A DNA stretch of 64,000 nt, from positions 109,511,160-109,575,159 of the forward strand of contig NC_068982.1 of NCBI RefSeq assembly GCF_001194135.2. The letters are read 5' to 3'. Of this stretch, positions 1 through 13,475 are shown piece after piece (within the stretch, counting starts at the first letter, position 1; the number at the start of each line of letters is the position of its first letter). The position numbers were made by a program, and so were the translations under genes. The stretch is from Octopus bimaculoides (Eukaryota). The notes under the pieces are model-generated. The model saw only the letters and a list, made by a program, of their open reading frames with translations, made no database searches and had not been told where the DNA came from.

Positions 1-1214
1 ATATATATATATATATATATACACATACACAGGCATATATCATATATGACTAATTTTCCTACAAACTTTTCTTATTCGCTTGACTCTAATTCATCCTTTT
101 CGGGTTTTTAACCATTTATATATTTCTTTTCTCATAAGCATCTCTCCTCGCTTTCTCAATGGAGAGTTTATTCCTATATGTAAACGTCGGAAACTTTAAA
201 AGGAAGTGTAATTCGTTGAACTGTAGTTTTAAGTTGCTAATAGCCTATGTTAAAAAGGCTAGCTAAGTAACACTTGTGGTTTAACCAGGGGACAATTAGC
301 CTGTTGTTTGTTTAAAACTAGTTACGATAGCAATAAGCATACAGCTCTTACACTTTTTTCTTTCTCTTGATATTCAAACAAATATATACACACACACATA
401 TACATTTGTTTGCGCAAGCACACATAAATATACATATGTGTGTCTGTTGAAAAATCACAGGAAAAGAAGAGAATAAACATTTAAAATAGGTTCGAATGCA
501 TAATTGGACATTCCAAGAAGAACGTCATACAAATGATATACTGGGCTTAATTAAATGGTAAATATATATTTCAGATCTCCAGCTACCACTGAGGAAATAT
601 TAAGAATACAAATGGTTTGCATGGATTAAGAATAAAATGACTCATTGCTATTCACAATAACATGTATTCTTGTCCAGTTTCAGATTTTTATGGCCAATGG
701 CATGCACACTAAGTTATACGTATGCATACGTATACACATACATATATACATACACCCACTTACACACGCACACATACACCGACGCACAGACACGTACGAC
801 AGTCCAAAATGTTCCTCCGCCTGAAGTGGTTTTGAATGGATAAAGATTTGCACAGCTCTAACCCAATTTCAGTGCAGTTAGCTATAATACAAGTGGTACA
901 ACAGGGGTTGAGATGATCTGAAACTAACTGCACTTCAGGATTCTCATACGAGTTTACCCTCTCATAGAAGGAAGTTCTAACGAGAATTTGGGATGTTTCA
1001 CTCCCAGTGGTTCACATGTTAGCTAACCTATAGCTGAGACACTTGTGGGTGCTGCTACTCAAGGTTAGAATAAGCCTGAGAACAATAATGGCTTAGAGGC
1101 AGTGCTACGCTCTTCAAAACTTTGGAACTCCCATACTAGGTCCCCACTACTGGATGCAGTTTAAAGTCATACCTGGACACATATAAAAATACATAAACAC
1201 ATGCATATATGCAT

Positions 1215-1248
<34 letters not shown>

Positions 1249-1442
1249 TGTATGTATGTATCTATGTATATGTGTGTGTGTATGTGTGTATGTGTTTGTA
1301 GAGAGAGAGAGAGAGATGGAGAGAAATCGGATAATCAAAGTGGTTTTCTTCAAAGTGCTTCTCTTCAATTAAATACATAACATATAAAACGTTAGTTTTA
1401 TCATCATGCATTCTCATCATTTATTACAATTGTTCATTTCAG

Positions 1443-1683
1443 ATTTACAAAATACCCGATAAGGGTGGAGACCATTTCTACATTGATCCTCATGAAACAA
1501 CAATATTTGTCGTCTCATGGTACACAGGGATTGTATATGTAGACAGCGAGATGGCACTTCGATCGACGTCACACAAAGTTATTAAGTTCAAAGTTAAGAT
1601 CATGAAGGGCAACATTATCCAGGAGAAGGTTCACATTTCTGTCAACATTGATGACACTCCAGTTAACGTTACAGGCGAATGTG
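1443..1683 (+). CDS. RET: RET-like receptor exon: cadherin-like domain 4 and first CRD cysteine (phase 0 to 1)
   Basis: Acceptor ttcatttcAG ends at 1442; donor G|gtttgt at 1684. Only one frame is open: IYKIPDKGGDHFYIDPHETTIFVVSWYTGIVYVDSEMALRSTSHKVIKFKVKIMKGNIIQEKVHISVNIDDTPVNVTGEC. TGIVYVDSEMALR resembles human RET CLD4 SGILFVNDTKALR. The terminal G joins the next exon to give ECGHSC, matching RET GCPLSC. Confidence 0.85.
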
Positions 1684-1742
1684 GTTTGTATACGAGAACT
1701 CTATTGCCATTCTAACTACAACTGCTTTTACTTTTACCTACT

Positions 1743-1800
1743 TACCTACCTACCTACCTACCTACCTACCTACCTACCTACCTACCTACCTACCTACCTA
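1743..1800 (+). repeat. (CTAC)n microsatellite
   Basis: Direct reading. One of many simple repeats, including (CA)n 2822-2869, (CT)n 5136-5200, (GA)n 6379-6448, (CA)n(TA)n 9486-9585, (TA)n 17971-18025, (TCTA)n 27146-27220, 32961-33060 and 58950-59035, (GATA)n 35005-35106, (ATT)n 55150-55230. Confidence 0.95.
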
Positions 1801-1953
1801 TCTGTCTGTCTCTTTACCAACTTGTTTCTACAAAGTGATAACTCAGATTCTGCATATAGTATTAAAGACTTTCCTCCATCACATGAAACCATCTTCAATA
1901 GCAAATACGATTCAAAGAAAATATGTAATATATCCACTTTTTAACATATTTAG

Positions 1954-2330
1954 TGTGGAGGCGCAATGGCCCAGTGGTTAGGGCAGCGGACTCGCAGTCA
2001 TAGGATCGCGGTTTCGATTCCCAGACCGGGCGTTGTGAGTGTTTATTGAGCGATAACACCTAAAGCTCCACGAGGCTCCGGCAGGGGATGGTGGCGAACT
2101 CTGCTGTACTCTATCACCACAACTTTCTCTCACTCTTAGTTCCTGTTTCTGTTGTGCTTGTAATTCAAAAGGTCAGCCTTGTCACGCTGTGCCACGCTGA
2201 ATATCCCCGGGAACTACATTAAGGGTACACGTGTCTGTAGAATGCTCAGCCACTTGCACGTTAATTTCACGAACAGGCTGTTCAACTGGAACCCTCGACG
2301 TTGTAAGCGATGGAGTGCCAACAACAACAA
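1954..2330 (+). mobile_element. tRNA-derived SINE (family A), full length
   Basis: Head tgtggaggcgcaatggcccagtggttagggcagcgg with B box ggtttcgattccc; (CAA)n tail; TSD aacatatttag (1943-1953) / aacgtatttag (2330-2340); homologous to 11363-11742. Confidence 0.9.
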
Positions 2331-2818
2331 ACGTATTTAGAAGTTGCACATATATTTCAAGGAAAATAAACATATGCATAATTCAGTGGTAATGGAAATA
2401 TTGACGCTCATTCCCTTCTAAATGACACTAGGTTAGTAACCCTTCTGTTTACTTCATTGACGTCATCCACTGCAGTGGTCCCACCAAGAATTCTAGTGGA
2501 TCAATATTTTGCTGCAAAGGGCGATCTCGAGATTTATATCTAATCAATACTCTTTAATTTAATTACTATTTTATTAACTCACGTCATTCATATATATACA
2601 CAAACGTGGGAATAAAAGAGTTCGATACACTGTAGACGTTGATATCAATAACACTGTCCGATTGTTATGCAGTCTCTGAAAATTCATAAATGTAATCTGC
2701 ATATGAAGTTTTCCTTACATTACAGATAATAATGGTTATGAAATATGTGTAAGATGATGTAAATAAACAATTTATGAATAAACTCTGCAGTTATGTTTTA
2801 TATACACACATGCACGCG

Positions 2819-2871
<53 letters not shown>

Positions 2872-2972
2872 ATACTCAGCCTAGGAGTTAATGAATTACT
2901 AGTAATAAAATCTTGATAAAGTTTAGAAAGCCAATAAATCATCATACAATGTAATACTAGCAGCTATTCATG

Positions 2973-3263
2973 AATGTTCCACGGTATTGCCATTGAAAAT
3001 TCTGAAAATAATATTCATCATATTTGGTAACACATCCAATCTGGAATATGGGGCTTCATCAGAGTAAAAAAAAATACATGAAAGAAAAAAAAGAAAAGAA
3101 GAAGAGCCTCGAGAAGTGGATTTAGATATATTAAGCCTTTCTTCTTTTCTTTTCTTTTATATATTTTTCTTCACTGATGAAACTCCATGTTCCAGATCGG
3201 ATGTGCTACCAAATATGATGAATATTATTTTCAGAATTTTCAATGGCAATACCGTGGAACATT
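2973..3263. repeat. Long inverted repeat (foldback hairpin)
   Basis: 2973-3062 is the reverse complement of 3173-3263 with about 5 transitions. A-rich and T-rich inner arms extend the stem to a loop of about 30 nt. Confidence 0.9.
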
Positions 3264-3540
3264 GGAAGCAGAAACAGCTGTTGGATGGGATAAGGCCTAT
3301 TTGTATTAAAAAGTAATAATCGATGTTAGTCAATTGTTGTTGAACAACATTTCTCCATTTTCTGTTTACTTTAAATTTGATTCCGGATAAACTCATGTTT
3401 ATCTTTGACATTGCTGTAACCTATGAGAATAATATGCCCAGTGTGAACATAGATAATTATACCGGTGGTAAAACGGATATTTCTATCCATTAGAAAGTTA
3501 TTTGAACCTCTAACTCTACTAATCTTATATATATATAACG

Positions 3541-4364
3541 TGTGTTACATATCTGCATAAGCTTGGGTATTATGGACGAGCAGCTAGAAGAAAACCTCTC
3601 CTTCAACCAATTAATATCATGAAAAGAAAGAAATGGGCTAAGGAGATGTCAGAAAAATCCAGTTCATTTTGGGATAGAGTGATTTTCTCAGATGAATCCA
3701 GATTTGCATTATTTTCAGACAGTCTTTGTGTGTGGAGGCTTCCCAATCACAAATTTGATTTGAAACGACTCCAAACAATTGTGAAACATGACGGTATCTC
3801 TGTAATGGTATGGGGAGCTGTCACCAGCAATGGTCGTTCTGAGCTGATCAAATGTGTTGGAACCATAAACTCTGAAAAATACATCGAAATACTTTAGCAA
3901 AGGCTACTTCCGTTGTATTCACACGATACTATAACGAAAAATTAGTTTTTATTCATGGAAGGTGGGGCTCCATGCCACACAGCGAAAAGGAATCAACAAT
4001 GGCTGACTAAAAATAGATCAAAAAGCTTCCTTGGCCGAGCTAATCTCCTGACATGAACCCAATTGAAAATCTTTGGAGCATACTAGATAGAGCTATACGA
4101 AAAACACGACAGAAACCTAAATCTAAAGATGATTGTTTTGATTGTTGCGTGGAAAGTGGGCAGAAATTCCACAAGAGACAATCACAAAGCTCATCAGTTC
4201 AATGACAAAAAGAGAGTTTTTGAATTAATAACTGCAAAGGGAATGTCAACTAAATACTAAAGTATGTAGTCCTACCTATCGATTACATTTCAATTGTTCG
4301 CTTTGCGTATTAAATAACAGATTTTGAAAATTAAAGGTGTCTATTTACTTCCTACATGTCTGTG
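3541..4364 (+). mobile_element. Tc1-like transposon relic (DD34E transposase pseudogene, 3' part)
   Basis: [56 protein letters not shown]; in-frame stops and frameshifts; ends ...ctgtg followed by TA. Confidence 0.9.
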
Positions 4365-4486
4365 TATATATAGCTGGGGCCTGCAATCGCCTACGATTCT
4401 GTTATTATCATTTCTAATTGTTACACTAGATAATAATAGAGTCAATAATATCTTCGCAAGTATTTTTTCCTGAATTATTTGCTCCG

Positions 4487-4519
<33 letters not shown>

Positions 4520-4870
4520 CCATACTATCATCTCTCCGTAGGAGAGGGAACCGTTTCTATCTATCGGCAATAACACGTATCCTTTGTTATTCTTGCTTTG
4601 TTTCTTTCTCATAGTATCTGTCTTTCTTCACACTCCCCCGAAGAAACTTATGTTTTCATACATTTCTCTCTCACTTTATCTGTGTTGCTACCGGTGTCTA
4701 ATTTTATTATTTCACCTACACCCACACCTTGTTATTTTGTCTCTCCATCTAAGTTTCCTTTACATTTCCTCTTTTACTTTCGTCTAAGTTTTCCGTGTTT
4801 TAGGTCTCTGAATATATGCAGTCAGTAACATACATACTACATAACATTAGTTTGACGTATATTTATACAG

Positions 4871-5083
4871 GTCACAGCTGTTCGTTTTATAAATCAAAAG
4901 AAGAATGTACATCTCATTGCGGCCTTGGAACCCTTAGCGGTCATTGTCATGTGCGAAAAGGTCTTAAACACTCCCCTACTGCTCTCTATGGGACATGCAG
5001 CCCAAATCTGGTGCACTGTCCAGATGGAATTTGTGATGATGTAGAAAATAATCACCCTATGTTATGTCCACAAGACTGCACGG
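4871..5083 (+). CDS. RET: RET-like exon: cysteine-rich domain, first part (phase 1 to 1)
   Basis: tatacAG|...ACG G|gtaagt. Encodes GHSCSFYKSKEECTSHCGLGTLSGHCHVRKGLKHSPTALYGTCSPNLVHCPDGICDDVENNHPMLCPQDCT. Motifs TCSP, CPDGxCDxVE and CPQDC match the RET CRD. Confidence 0.97.
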
Positions 5084-5152
5084 GTAAGTAGCAATTTCTT
5101 GCTTCATCTCTTTCCACCCCTTCATCCTCCACTTGCTCTCTCTCTCTCTCTC

Positions 5153-5204
<52 letters not shown>

Positions 5205-6375
5205 ACTCTTTCTAACTTTCACTTTTTTTTTTCTTAGATTCTTCTTATATTTTTTTACAATTTTGGGAATGATATAAATATATTTTGTCGGTATGTCATA
5301 GTCTTAAAGATTTGCTCTGGGTTCTATGAGGATAGCCTTCTGTGGAAAGGTCACCAAAACTAAACCACAACATTCTGTTGAAACACTTTCAGTCGATTAT
5401 CTGGTGAAAAACCTTAGGAAATATTGCACCAAGAGGAAAATTGAATTGAAGATAAGGTAGCTTTCCATCCCAGACTAAAATGTATGCACTATCACAGAGT
5501 TCAACCACTAATGATATTTGATATTACTTCCTCCCTGTTAACTTGATATCCAAAAAAATTTTTATTTTACAAACAAAGAGGAAATTGTTATTATCATTGC
5601 TCAAGTTGTTATAGAATTTTGTCACAGACTTCCTTAAGGTCAGATATCATTGATATCAACTTTGTGTTTGCTAAAATATAATGCTGCCATGTATAATACA
5701 GTCAAAACATTCCGCAATTTACCTACATTTACAAAATTCTCGAAAGAAAACAAATCATGACTATTAAAGAACAGAATGATGAAAAGTCCGTTAAATTCCA
5801 TACATGATCGCATTCAGTTATGATTTAAATTCAATAGGTTCGTGATTATTCTGTCCAGGGTCCTTTTCTCACAGACTGTATCATTACTGAATACAGCAAA
5901 AATGTAATGTAGTATGACGCATGGTATGTTTTTATCCTAAATTCTACATGGAACTATGTTACTGACGCTTTGATAAAACAACTACTGTATTAATTTCTGA
6001 ATTGTTTGACCTTCATACCTATGATCTTAGTTCTGAAAGCTGTGCATTCAACGACAGCAAATTCAACTCTGCCTAACGCTTCGTACATAAATACGAAATA
6101 CTTATTTTAACACAGTGTCTTGTGAGTGACTCATTAGAAGTTCCGAGTAGCGGATAATTTCGATCTGAATTCAATTCTTAGCTGTAGTTATTTAACGTCA
6201 CTAGCGTTATTAATGCACCAGTTACTACCGAGAGTCGATGCTGTAAGTTCATTCCTTCTACAATGCAAATGATAGATAAGCTTAATCTCATCTGGAAAAG
6301 CAGTTGGCAATCGCTTCATTTTCTGCCACTAGAAAAAGTCTGACATTAAAGTAAGCTATTACAATCAGTGATCCC

Positions 6376-6450
<75 letters not shown>

Positions 6451-6750
6451 TTAAAATAAAGTCATTATATTATTAATATCTTTATAAACACAGTGTTGAC
6501 AACAGAAACGGTAGAGTGCCAAAAATAAATTCCTTCTAAAATATAGTTACGTCATGTCACCTTTATTTCTGATTGCAAATCTCATCAAGGTCGACGTTGC
6601 GTTTCATCTGCATAGAATCAATAAAATGAATACTAAACGAACGTTGACAATTTAGCTTGGTAGGGCTCCTCGAATAAAATTTTGCATCCTTACACCAATG
6701 TCAGATATCTCTGTTTAACTGATAAAGGCACTGGATTGGTAGAAGTATTA

Positions 6751-8062
6751 GTTTCAAATTTTAACACAAGGCCAGCAGTTTCGAAGGATGGGGCTCGTCG
6801 ATTACATCGACTCCAGTGCTCAACTGTTACTTGTGTTAGCGATACAGAAAAATGAAAGGCATAGTCAACCTCAGCGAAATTTGAGCTTACAACGTAAAGA
6901 CGGACAGAATTGTCCGGCGTGATAACGATTCTTCCAGCACGCTACCTAAAATGTTTCAAATTTTGACACAAGGCCAACAATTTCGGGAGAGGAGCTAAGT
7001 CAATTAAATCCACCCAAGTGCTCAACTGGTACTTATTTTATCGACCCTGAAAGGGATGAAAGGCAAAGTCGACCTCAGTGGCATTTGAACCCAGAACGTA
7101 AATACGTCCATCTTTACGTTCTGGATTCAAACACCGCTAAGTATTTTGCCCGGCGTGCTAACGTTTCTTATTTTTTTATTGCCCACAAGGGGTTAAACAT
7201 AGAGAGGACAAACAAGGACAGACAAAGGGGTTAAGTCGATTATATCGACCCCAGTGCGTAACTGGTGCTTAATTTATCGACCCCGAAAGGATGAAAGCAA
7301 AGTCGACCTAGGCGGAATTTGAACTCAGAACGTAACTGCTAAGCATTTCGCCCGGCTTGCTAACGTTTCTGCCAGCTCACCGCCTTGAGTGACAGATATA
7401 TTCATTTCTACTCTNNNNNNNNNNNNNNNNNNNNNNNNNNNNNNNNNNNNNNNNNNNNNNNNNNNNNNNNNNNNNNNNNNNNNNNNNNNNNNNNNNNNNN
7501 NNNNNNNNNNNNNNNNNNNNNNNNNNNNNNNNNNNNNNNNNNNNNNNNNNNNNNNNNNNNNNNNNNNNNNNNNNNNNNNNNNNNNNNNNNNNNNNNNNNN
7601 NNNNNNNNNNNNNNNNNNNNNNNNNNNNNNNNNNNNNNNNNNNNNNNNNNNNNNNNNNNNNNNNNNNNNNNNNNNNNNNNNNNNNNNNNNNNNNNNNNNN
7701 NNNNNNNNNNNNNNNNNNNNNNNNNNNNNNNNNNNNNNNNNNNNNNNNNNNNNNNNNNNNNNNNNNNNNGATGAAAGGTAAAGTCGACCTCGGCGGAATT
7801 TGAACTCAGAACGTAAGGGCAGACGAAATACCTATTTCTTTACTGCCCACAAGGGGCTACACAGAGAGGGGACAAACAAGGACAGACAAACGGATTAAGT
7901 CGATTATATCGACCCCAGTGCGTAACTGGTACTTAATTTATCGACCCCGAAAGGATGAAAGGCAAAGTCGACCTCGGCGGAATTTGAACTCAGAACGTAG
8001 CGGCAGACGAAATACCGTTAAGCATTTCGCCCGGCGCGCTAACGATTCTGCCAGCTCGCCGC
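6751..8062 (-). mobile_element. Cluster of about 5 tRNA-derived SINE copies (family B), head-to-tail, spanning a gap
   Basis: Recurrent core atcgaccccgaaaggatgaaaggcaaagtcgacctcggcggaatttgaactcagaacg. On the minus strand, A box tggcagaatcg and B box gagttcaaattcc. Confidence 0.9.
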
Positions 8063-9485
8063 TTCGAGTGACAGATACATTAAACATTCAACTAAATTCC
8101 TTGTTCCGCTTTGTTACATTTCACTAAGACCTCAGTTCAAATCTTTCTTGATTGCCTTTGCATTTCATCAATCCGGGTTCAATAAGTATCAGGCTGATAC
8201 TGTGGCAATTCGCTACACGATATATTCACACTCAAATTGATGGCCTTGTGTCAATGCAAGAAATAATTACTATCCTATATATTACTGTAGCAATAACTTT
8301 TTTTTACTGTCAATAAGCAGAGACTGTGCCGTGATTGTCCATCTTTAGCAGAATCTGTTTCAACTTGACTCACAGGGAATTATATGCAAGTCGCACTTTT
8401 CATTTCCAAATCATCTTTGAACTTAGTTATAAAAGTGATCATTATTAAAATATAAAATATTAAAATTTTACAATACACGAATTGTAGTGGATGTTCGTGT
8501 TGCTAGTGTGCAACCTTACTCTTATAACATATCATCCTGTAAAGCTTATTCTAATATTCGTGGTTGTTGAATGTTTATTTGTTTACAAGTATTATAATCA
8601 TTGATTTGATTTCCAATTTTTTCATGACTTTGTTTGCAAATATTGTGGTTTTACTTAGCACAAGAAATTATTTAAGCTGAGCCTTTTAGACTTAAGTCAT
8701 GGTGGATCTACTTTTGAGTGTACCACTTGTTTATATTTTCTGTTTCTTTAATTTCTACCAGACATAACATTCAACGCTTCTTTGTCTGTTTAACATGCTT
8801 ACGCAACAAGCCGTTCCCTGACAGTTGTTTAACTCTACTGAATTTGCGAAGGTATCTGTTAAATAGATTACTGATTCTCCATTCCCAGAAACCTTGAATT
8901 AAGATACATTAACAGGTCATGCTTTCTGCAAACTTGGAATTTCTGATAAAAACAAGATATCATTTCTTCACAGTAAAAATATGAAAAGAGAATGCACTGA
9001 TACAACAAAAAAAAAAGTATTTCTACTACAAATGTAAATAGTGTTATAAATTAGTTTATCTGACCCCAAATACAGGATCCTATTAATTGGCTCACTTGAG
9101 ACCAATTAAAACAACGAATCTTCTTCCCAAATTAAAAAAAAAAATCTTTATGCAGCCCTACCAACAAATTCTCGGGTCAAATGTATCAGAAGAAATATGT
9201 TGAAAAATTTTTTTTACCTGAATACAAAATGTTTCGAAAACCTTATTTTTAAATCATATCTTGCCTTTCCTTATTTCTCATCTTTTTCTCTTTTTGATTG
9301 TGATAAGTTATTTGCAGTATTTGACTTTAACCAAGCATTAGATATTAATGTAGTAATCAAAATTTCTCTTCTCTGCAAGTTGTCAGAACGCCCTGTATCA
9401 TTTTAGTTATTTTGTAAATAATATTCTTTCTTGGATCCCTTATAATATTTTGCTTTTGGTCAAGGCATCTTACAACATTATAATT

Positions 9486-9591
<106 letters not shown>

Positions 9592-9633
9592 CAATTCTTT
9601 TTCTATTACATTCAATTTGCATTTTTATTTCAG

Positions 9634-9801
9634 TAAAAAATGTTATCGGAGGTTCACTGAATACAAAATACAAGCCACCAATGGGTATTAAGCAAGCGGG
9701 TGGATGGTGTTCGTGTGACACATCTGGCTCTTGTACCTGCAAAACACCACCACCTCCATCACCTCCTTCACCACCAAAGAAGAAACCTATTACTGAGGCA
9801 T
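9634..9801 (+). CDS. RET: RET-like exon: CRD second part plus Pro-rich stalk (phase 1 to 1)
   Basis: tttattttcAG|...GCA T|gtaagt; 168 nt. Encodes (V)KNVIGGSLNTKYKPPMGIKQAGGWCSCDTSGSCTCKTPPPPSPPSPPKKKPITEA, matching human [31 protein letters not shown]. Confidence 0.95.
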
Positions 9802-9957
9802 GTAAGTTGAGTACAAACTCTTTCTTTCCTATGCAAATAATATAAAACTGAACAATCAAAATGAAGTTGATTGCAGCGAAGTGACCAAAAGCGATAATGA
9901 CTACAACAATGATAACGATTATATTATTATTAGTATTTCAATTGTATATTTTGGATA

Positions 9958-10110
9958 TGAGATCAGGCATGTGTGACGCTAAGAAGCTAGCTTCGTAACC
10001 ACATGGTTTCAGGTTCTATCTCACTGTGCAGCACTTTACACAACTACCTTCGAACCGTAACCTAGGATTAAACAAAGCCTTGCAGTTTTTGCTGCCAAAA
10101 ACTACAGAAG
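9958..10110 (+). mobile_element. Degenerate 5' half of a tRNA-derived SINE (family C)
   Basis: caggcatgtgtgacgctaagaagctagcttcgtaaccacatggtttcaggttctatctcactg resembles a tRNA-like head. Family assignment is from recalled octopus repeats, not a search. Confidence 0.45.
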
Positions 10111-11362
10111 TCCGTTGTACTAGAAAGCACAAACACATTCACACTTACGCACTCATTCACACATACAGACTCACGCACATAAACACGCATACTCACACAT
10201 ATACAACTCAGCGTGAATCAGATGGACTGAAATAAGTCTAAATACAAGAAAGTGAATCTGCGAGAGAAACTGCATTGTTTAACATATACTTTATTTAAGA
10301 ATGTAGGTATGATATTATTTCAGGGAGATTGGCTTCTATTTCCAGCCGTTCAAGTGATCACCTAGAAGCTCCTTTGCTGGACACTGCGAGCCTCCAGCAT
10401 ACACTGAGATTACTTTGCAGGAGGGAAAATATTTTGAGGCAGCGAGCGACACATAAGACTGGCCAGGAGACATTCTTTTCTATCAGTAAACAACACACCA
10501 CACGCACACAGGGCCGCGCAGACATCCTGTGCATTTCTGTCACTGTCTATCTGTTTATCTTCCTCTCTCTCTCTTTCTCTCTCCCTCCCTCTCTGTCTCT
10601 GACTGCCTGTATCTCTCTCTCTCTCTCTTTCTTTCTCTCTCTCACACACATTTCCACTTTCTCTTGTTTCTGAGAGGCGGTGTAACAAACGAGTTATTTC
10701 TATTTCATTACATCAAAGACACTTTGGTGCAAGAAGCGGTGTGTTATAGAAGTTACTTAAGGAGGCTGTGATAGGAGGTAACTGAATGTGCTGGAATATA
10801 TAAATTTACATCAGCTAACGTTTACATCCTATTGCGATATGATGAGTTGAAAGCGTTTGCTTTAGGGCCTGTTTACTTTCAGATTATTGTTTCAGCTCTT
10901 GATCTCTTTACATTGTTTTCTTCGCTCTTCCTCTTGTAATCAATCATCTTTTTTTTTTCATTTTATTTTACCATCTACTTAAGTCATAAGAGAAGTAAAA
11001 GGCCTCAAATAATATCGCTTTTAAAGTAGTATAATTCATTTCATGAGAGTAACTAAATTATACAATTTGATGTATACATTGGTGTGTTAAATATGTGGGC
11101 CAAATTTGAGTCTTGATAAGGTTCGTATTAGTTGCTTTATAGTGTCTAAGTTTAGTGTCTCAATAACATTTTAAACATTACAGCATCCAGATGCGTTTCA
11201 TATCACCAGAGTTGATAAATATCAGTAATTCAAGCTTTGTTATTTATCATAGTGAGGTCAAATTCAGTCAAAAGATTCTGTCGAGTTTACTGTTTAAGGT
11301 ATTTAATTGGATTTTAAGTCTATTTTAGATGGAGAAAACAGAATTGCTACGTACAATTTACT

Positions 11363-11742
11363 GTGGAGGCGCAATGGCCCAGTAGTTAGGGCAGCAGGCT
11401 CGCGATCGGAGGATCGCGTTTCGATTCCCAGACCGGGCGTTGTGAGTGTTTATTGAGCGAAATCACTTAAACCTTTACGAGGCTCCGGCGGGGAGTGGCG
11501 GCGACCCTTGCTGTATTCTTTCACCACAACTTTCTCTCACTCTTTCTTCCTGTTTCCTTTGTACCTGTATTTCAAAGGGCCAGCCTTGTCACACTGTGTG
11601 TCACGTTGAATCTCCCCGAGAACTACGTTAAGGGCACACGTGTCCGTATAGTGCTCAGCTTCCTGCACGTTTATTTAACGAGCCGGGTGTTCCATTGATA
11701 GGATCAATTGGAACCCTCGTCGTCGTAACCAACGGAGTGCCA
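11363..11742 (+). mobile_element. tRNA-derived SINE (family A), full length
   Basis: Colinear with 1954-2330; TSD acaatttact (11353-11362) / acaatctact (11754-11763). Confidence 0.9.
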
Positions 11743-11799
11743 CGCGCACGCACACAATCTACTAGTTTACTATGCAGTAAATTGGAAGGAGACGATATT

Positions 11800-12050
11800 T
11801 TGGAAAGGAGAATGAAGTGTAGCCGTTAGTGAGGGACCTGGAAGGAGGATACATTGTGGGTAGAAAGTTTAGAAGAAGCGAGAAATTATCTATCGCCTGA
11901 GTGGAGGTCGCATAATATCAGCAGCTTTGAGGGTCAGAACCTCCTGTAGTGGCGGTAGAAAGGGGAGCGAAACGGGAGAAAGTAAGCCTTTGGACCAGGT
12001 GTTAAAGTGCGTTGATAGGCGACGTCAAGTGTCATGCTAACCAGTCGAAT
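11800..12050 (-). mobile_element. Highly decayed L2/CR1-group LINE 3' fragment
   Basis: GC-richer island; minus strand gives SPFYRHY-like residues typical of the LINE ORF2 C-terminus. Weak. Confidence 0.3.
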
Positions 12051-12479
12051 AATCTTTCTTTAAATGCAGGTTAGAATGTGTGCGTGTATAGCAGCAGTGT
12101 TCCTGATATGAAAGTCTTAATTTATTTGCTCTTAATATGCTTAACGCTACTCAAATCAGATCAAAACATTATTAAAACACGCAAAAACTAGTGTAATTTA
12201 GATAATTCAATATATATTTTTTCTTTAATAAGTATGGTGACCACACTGTTCTTTGTTGCAACTAGGGCGGGGTTACTTTTTGAGATGCTTTTCTCCATAG
12301 TCAAAGTACTTTCAGAAGTATATTAAAAAAACATAAACATATGGAAGTTTGTATTACAGATAAAAGATACTTAGAAAAATGCTTATGATAACCCGAAACT
12401 TTCCACAAATGAACAAATGTCTGCATATTTAAAAAAATCTTTCCAACTTTTACAAACGCTATTTCACATATCAGCGAGT

Positions 12480-13400
12480 GTGATGTATCACTTTTTTACT
12501 TATCTTGTACTTCATGAAATATTTCACTATTGCGTAATTCGACCCAACAGTTTTGATTTCACTTTAGTTCCGTGCGTGATGTCCATAAAATAGAAAAGAA
12601 TATCAATCTCATTCCACCTTAAAGTGTAAACCATAGCTGCCTCGTAAGAAATCCTCGTAAACGATTCATGAACTTGAAATAAATTTGAGCACACACTTAT
12701 AATGTTTCTATGTTTTATCATAATCGCATTTTTTAATATTAACAATACCTTTTGTTTTAAAAAATGCTGCTTGTCTACATTTCTAAGCTTTTGGAATTCT
12801 TAATCTGGTGCGAGGCATCTAGACTTAATTCAATGCGAAAACTATTGAGCAAAATTTTGTTCATGACTGAACGGATTTTCGGTATTAAAGGCTATGCTGC
12901 ATACAACCTCATGATAACAGCCTTTATTTTAACCTGTAAGAACAAAGTTAATTTGAGGAGTCAAATCTTGATAAAATACAGCATAATAAGTCTTAAATCA
13001 TTATTCATTTACCCCACCCCACGGTTTACTTTAATTTCCAGCGTTTACTTCTGGCTAACGGTGAAGGTAATTTACATTATTAAGACATTAGTTTTTGTGT
13101 TTATAGCCTGTAATTCATTGTTCGAACTTTCAAAAATTTATTTTTGCTCGATGTAGGTTAAACTAACTTATTGGATACACGCCTGATGTTAATCTCATCG
13201 ACAAAAGACTCCTCATATAGCAGTTAAATATATCTGAAAATAAATTTACTGACCCTGTAACATGAATTTCTAGCCCCGTAGCAGTTGGAGAAAATACATA
13301 AAGAATTAATATCAGTTCAGAACTTCTGTCTATTGTAATGAAATCCATCTCAGAGATGAAACGAAGCGATAAATTTTTATCAGTCTCACTGTATTTGTTT
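12480..13400 (-). mobile_element. Decayed hAT (Charlie/SPIN-like) transposase relic
   Basis: Minus-strand fragments in hAT order: TATGLEI (cf. TTGxDI), KSRCL...EFQKL (cf. IRSRxLNHRQFQxL), DILFYFMDITH...KLLG (cf. DLAFLTDITxHLNxLNxKLQG); many stops. Confidence 0.45.
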
Positions 13401-13475
13401 ACGACATTGAAAGTGACTTCTGATATCTATTACGATATATGAAATATTTGAATTATGACTATTATTGTTTTGTAG

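Noticed and set aside
575-720. Possible upstream RET exon after atatttcAG (575) or gtttcAG (684)
   Set aside because: All frames close quickly, donors are weak and there is no cadherin-like similarity.
1954-2030. tRNA genes at SINE heads (also 11363, 20080-20150, 26510-26584)
   Set aside because: They lack a full cloverleaf and acceptor stem and continue into SINE bodies with TSDs or tails.
10324-10485. In-frame 162-nt phase 1-1 candidate exon (tttcAG ... CA|gtaaac)
   Set aside because: Weak donor, the peptide has no recognisable features, and the sequence looks repeat-derived; needs RNA evidence.
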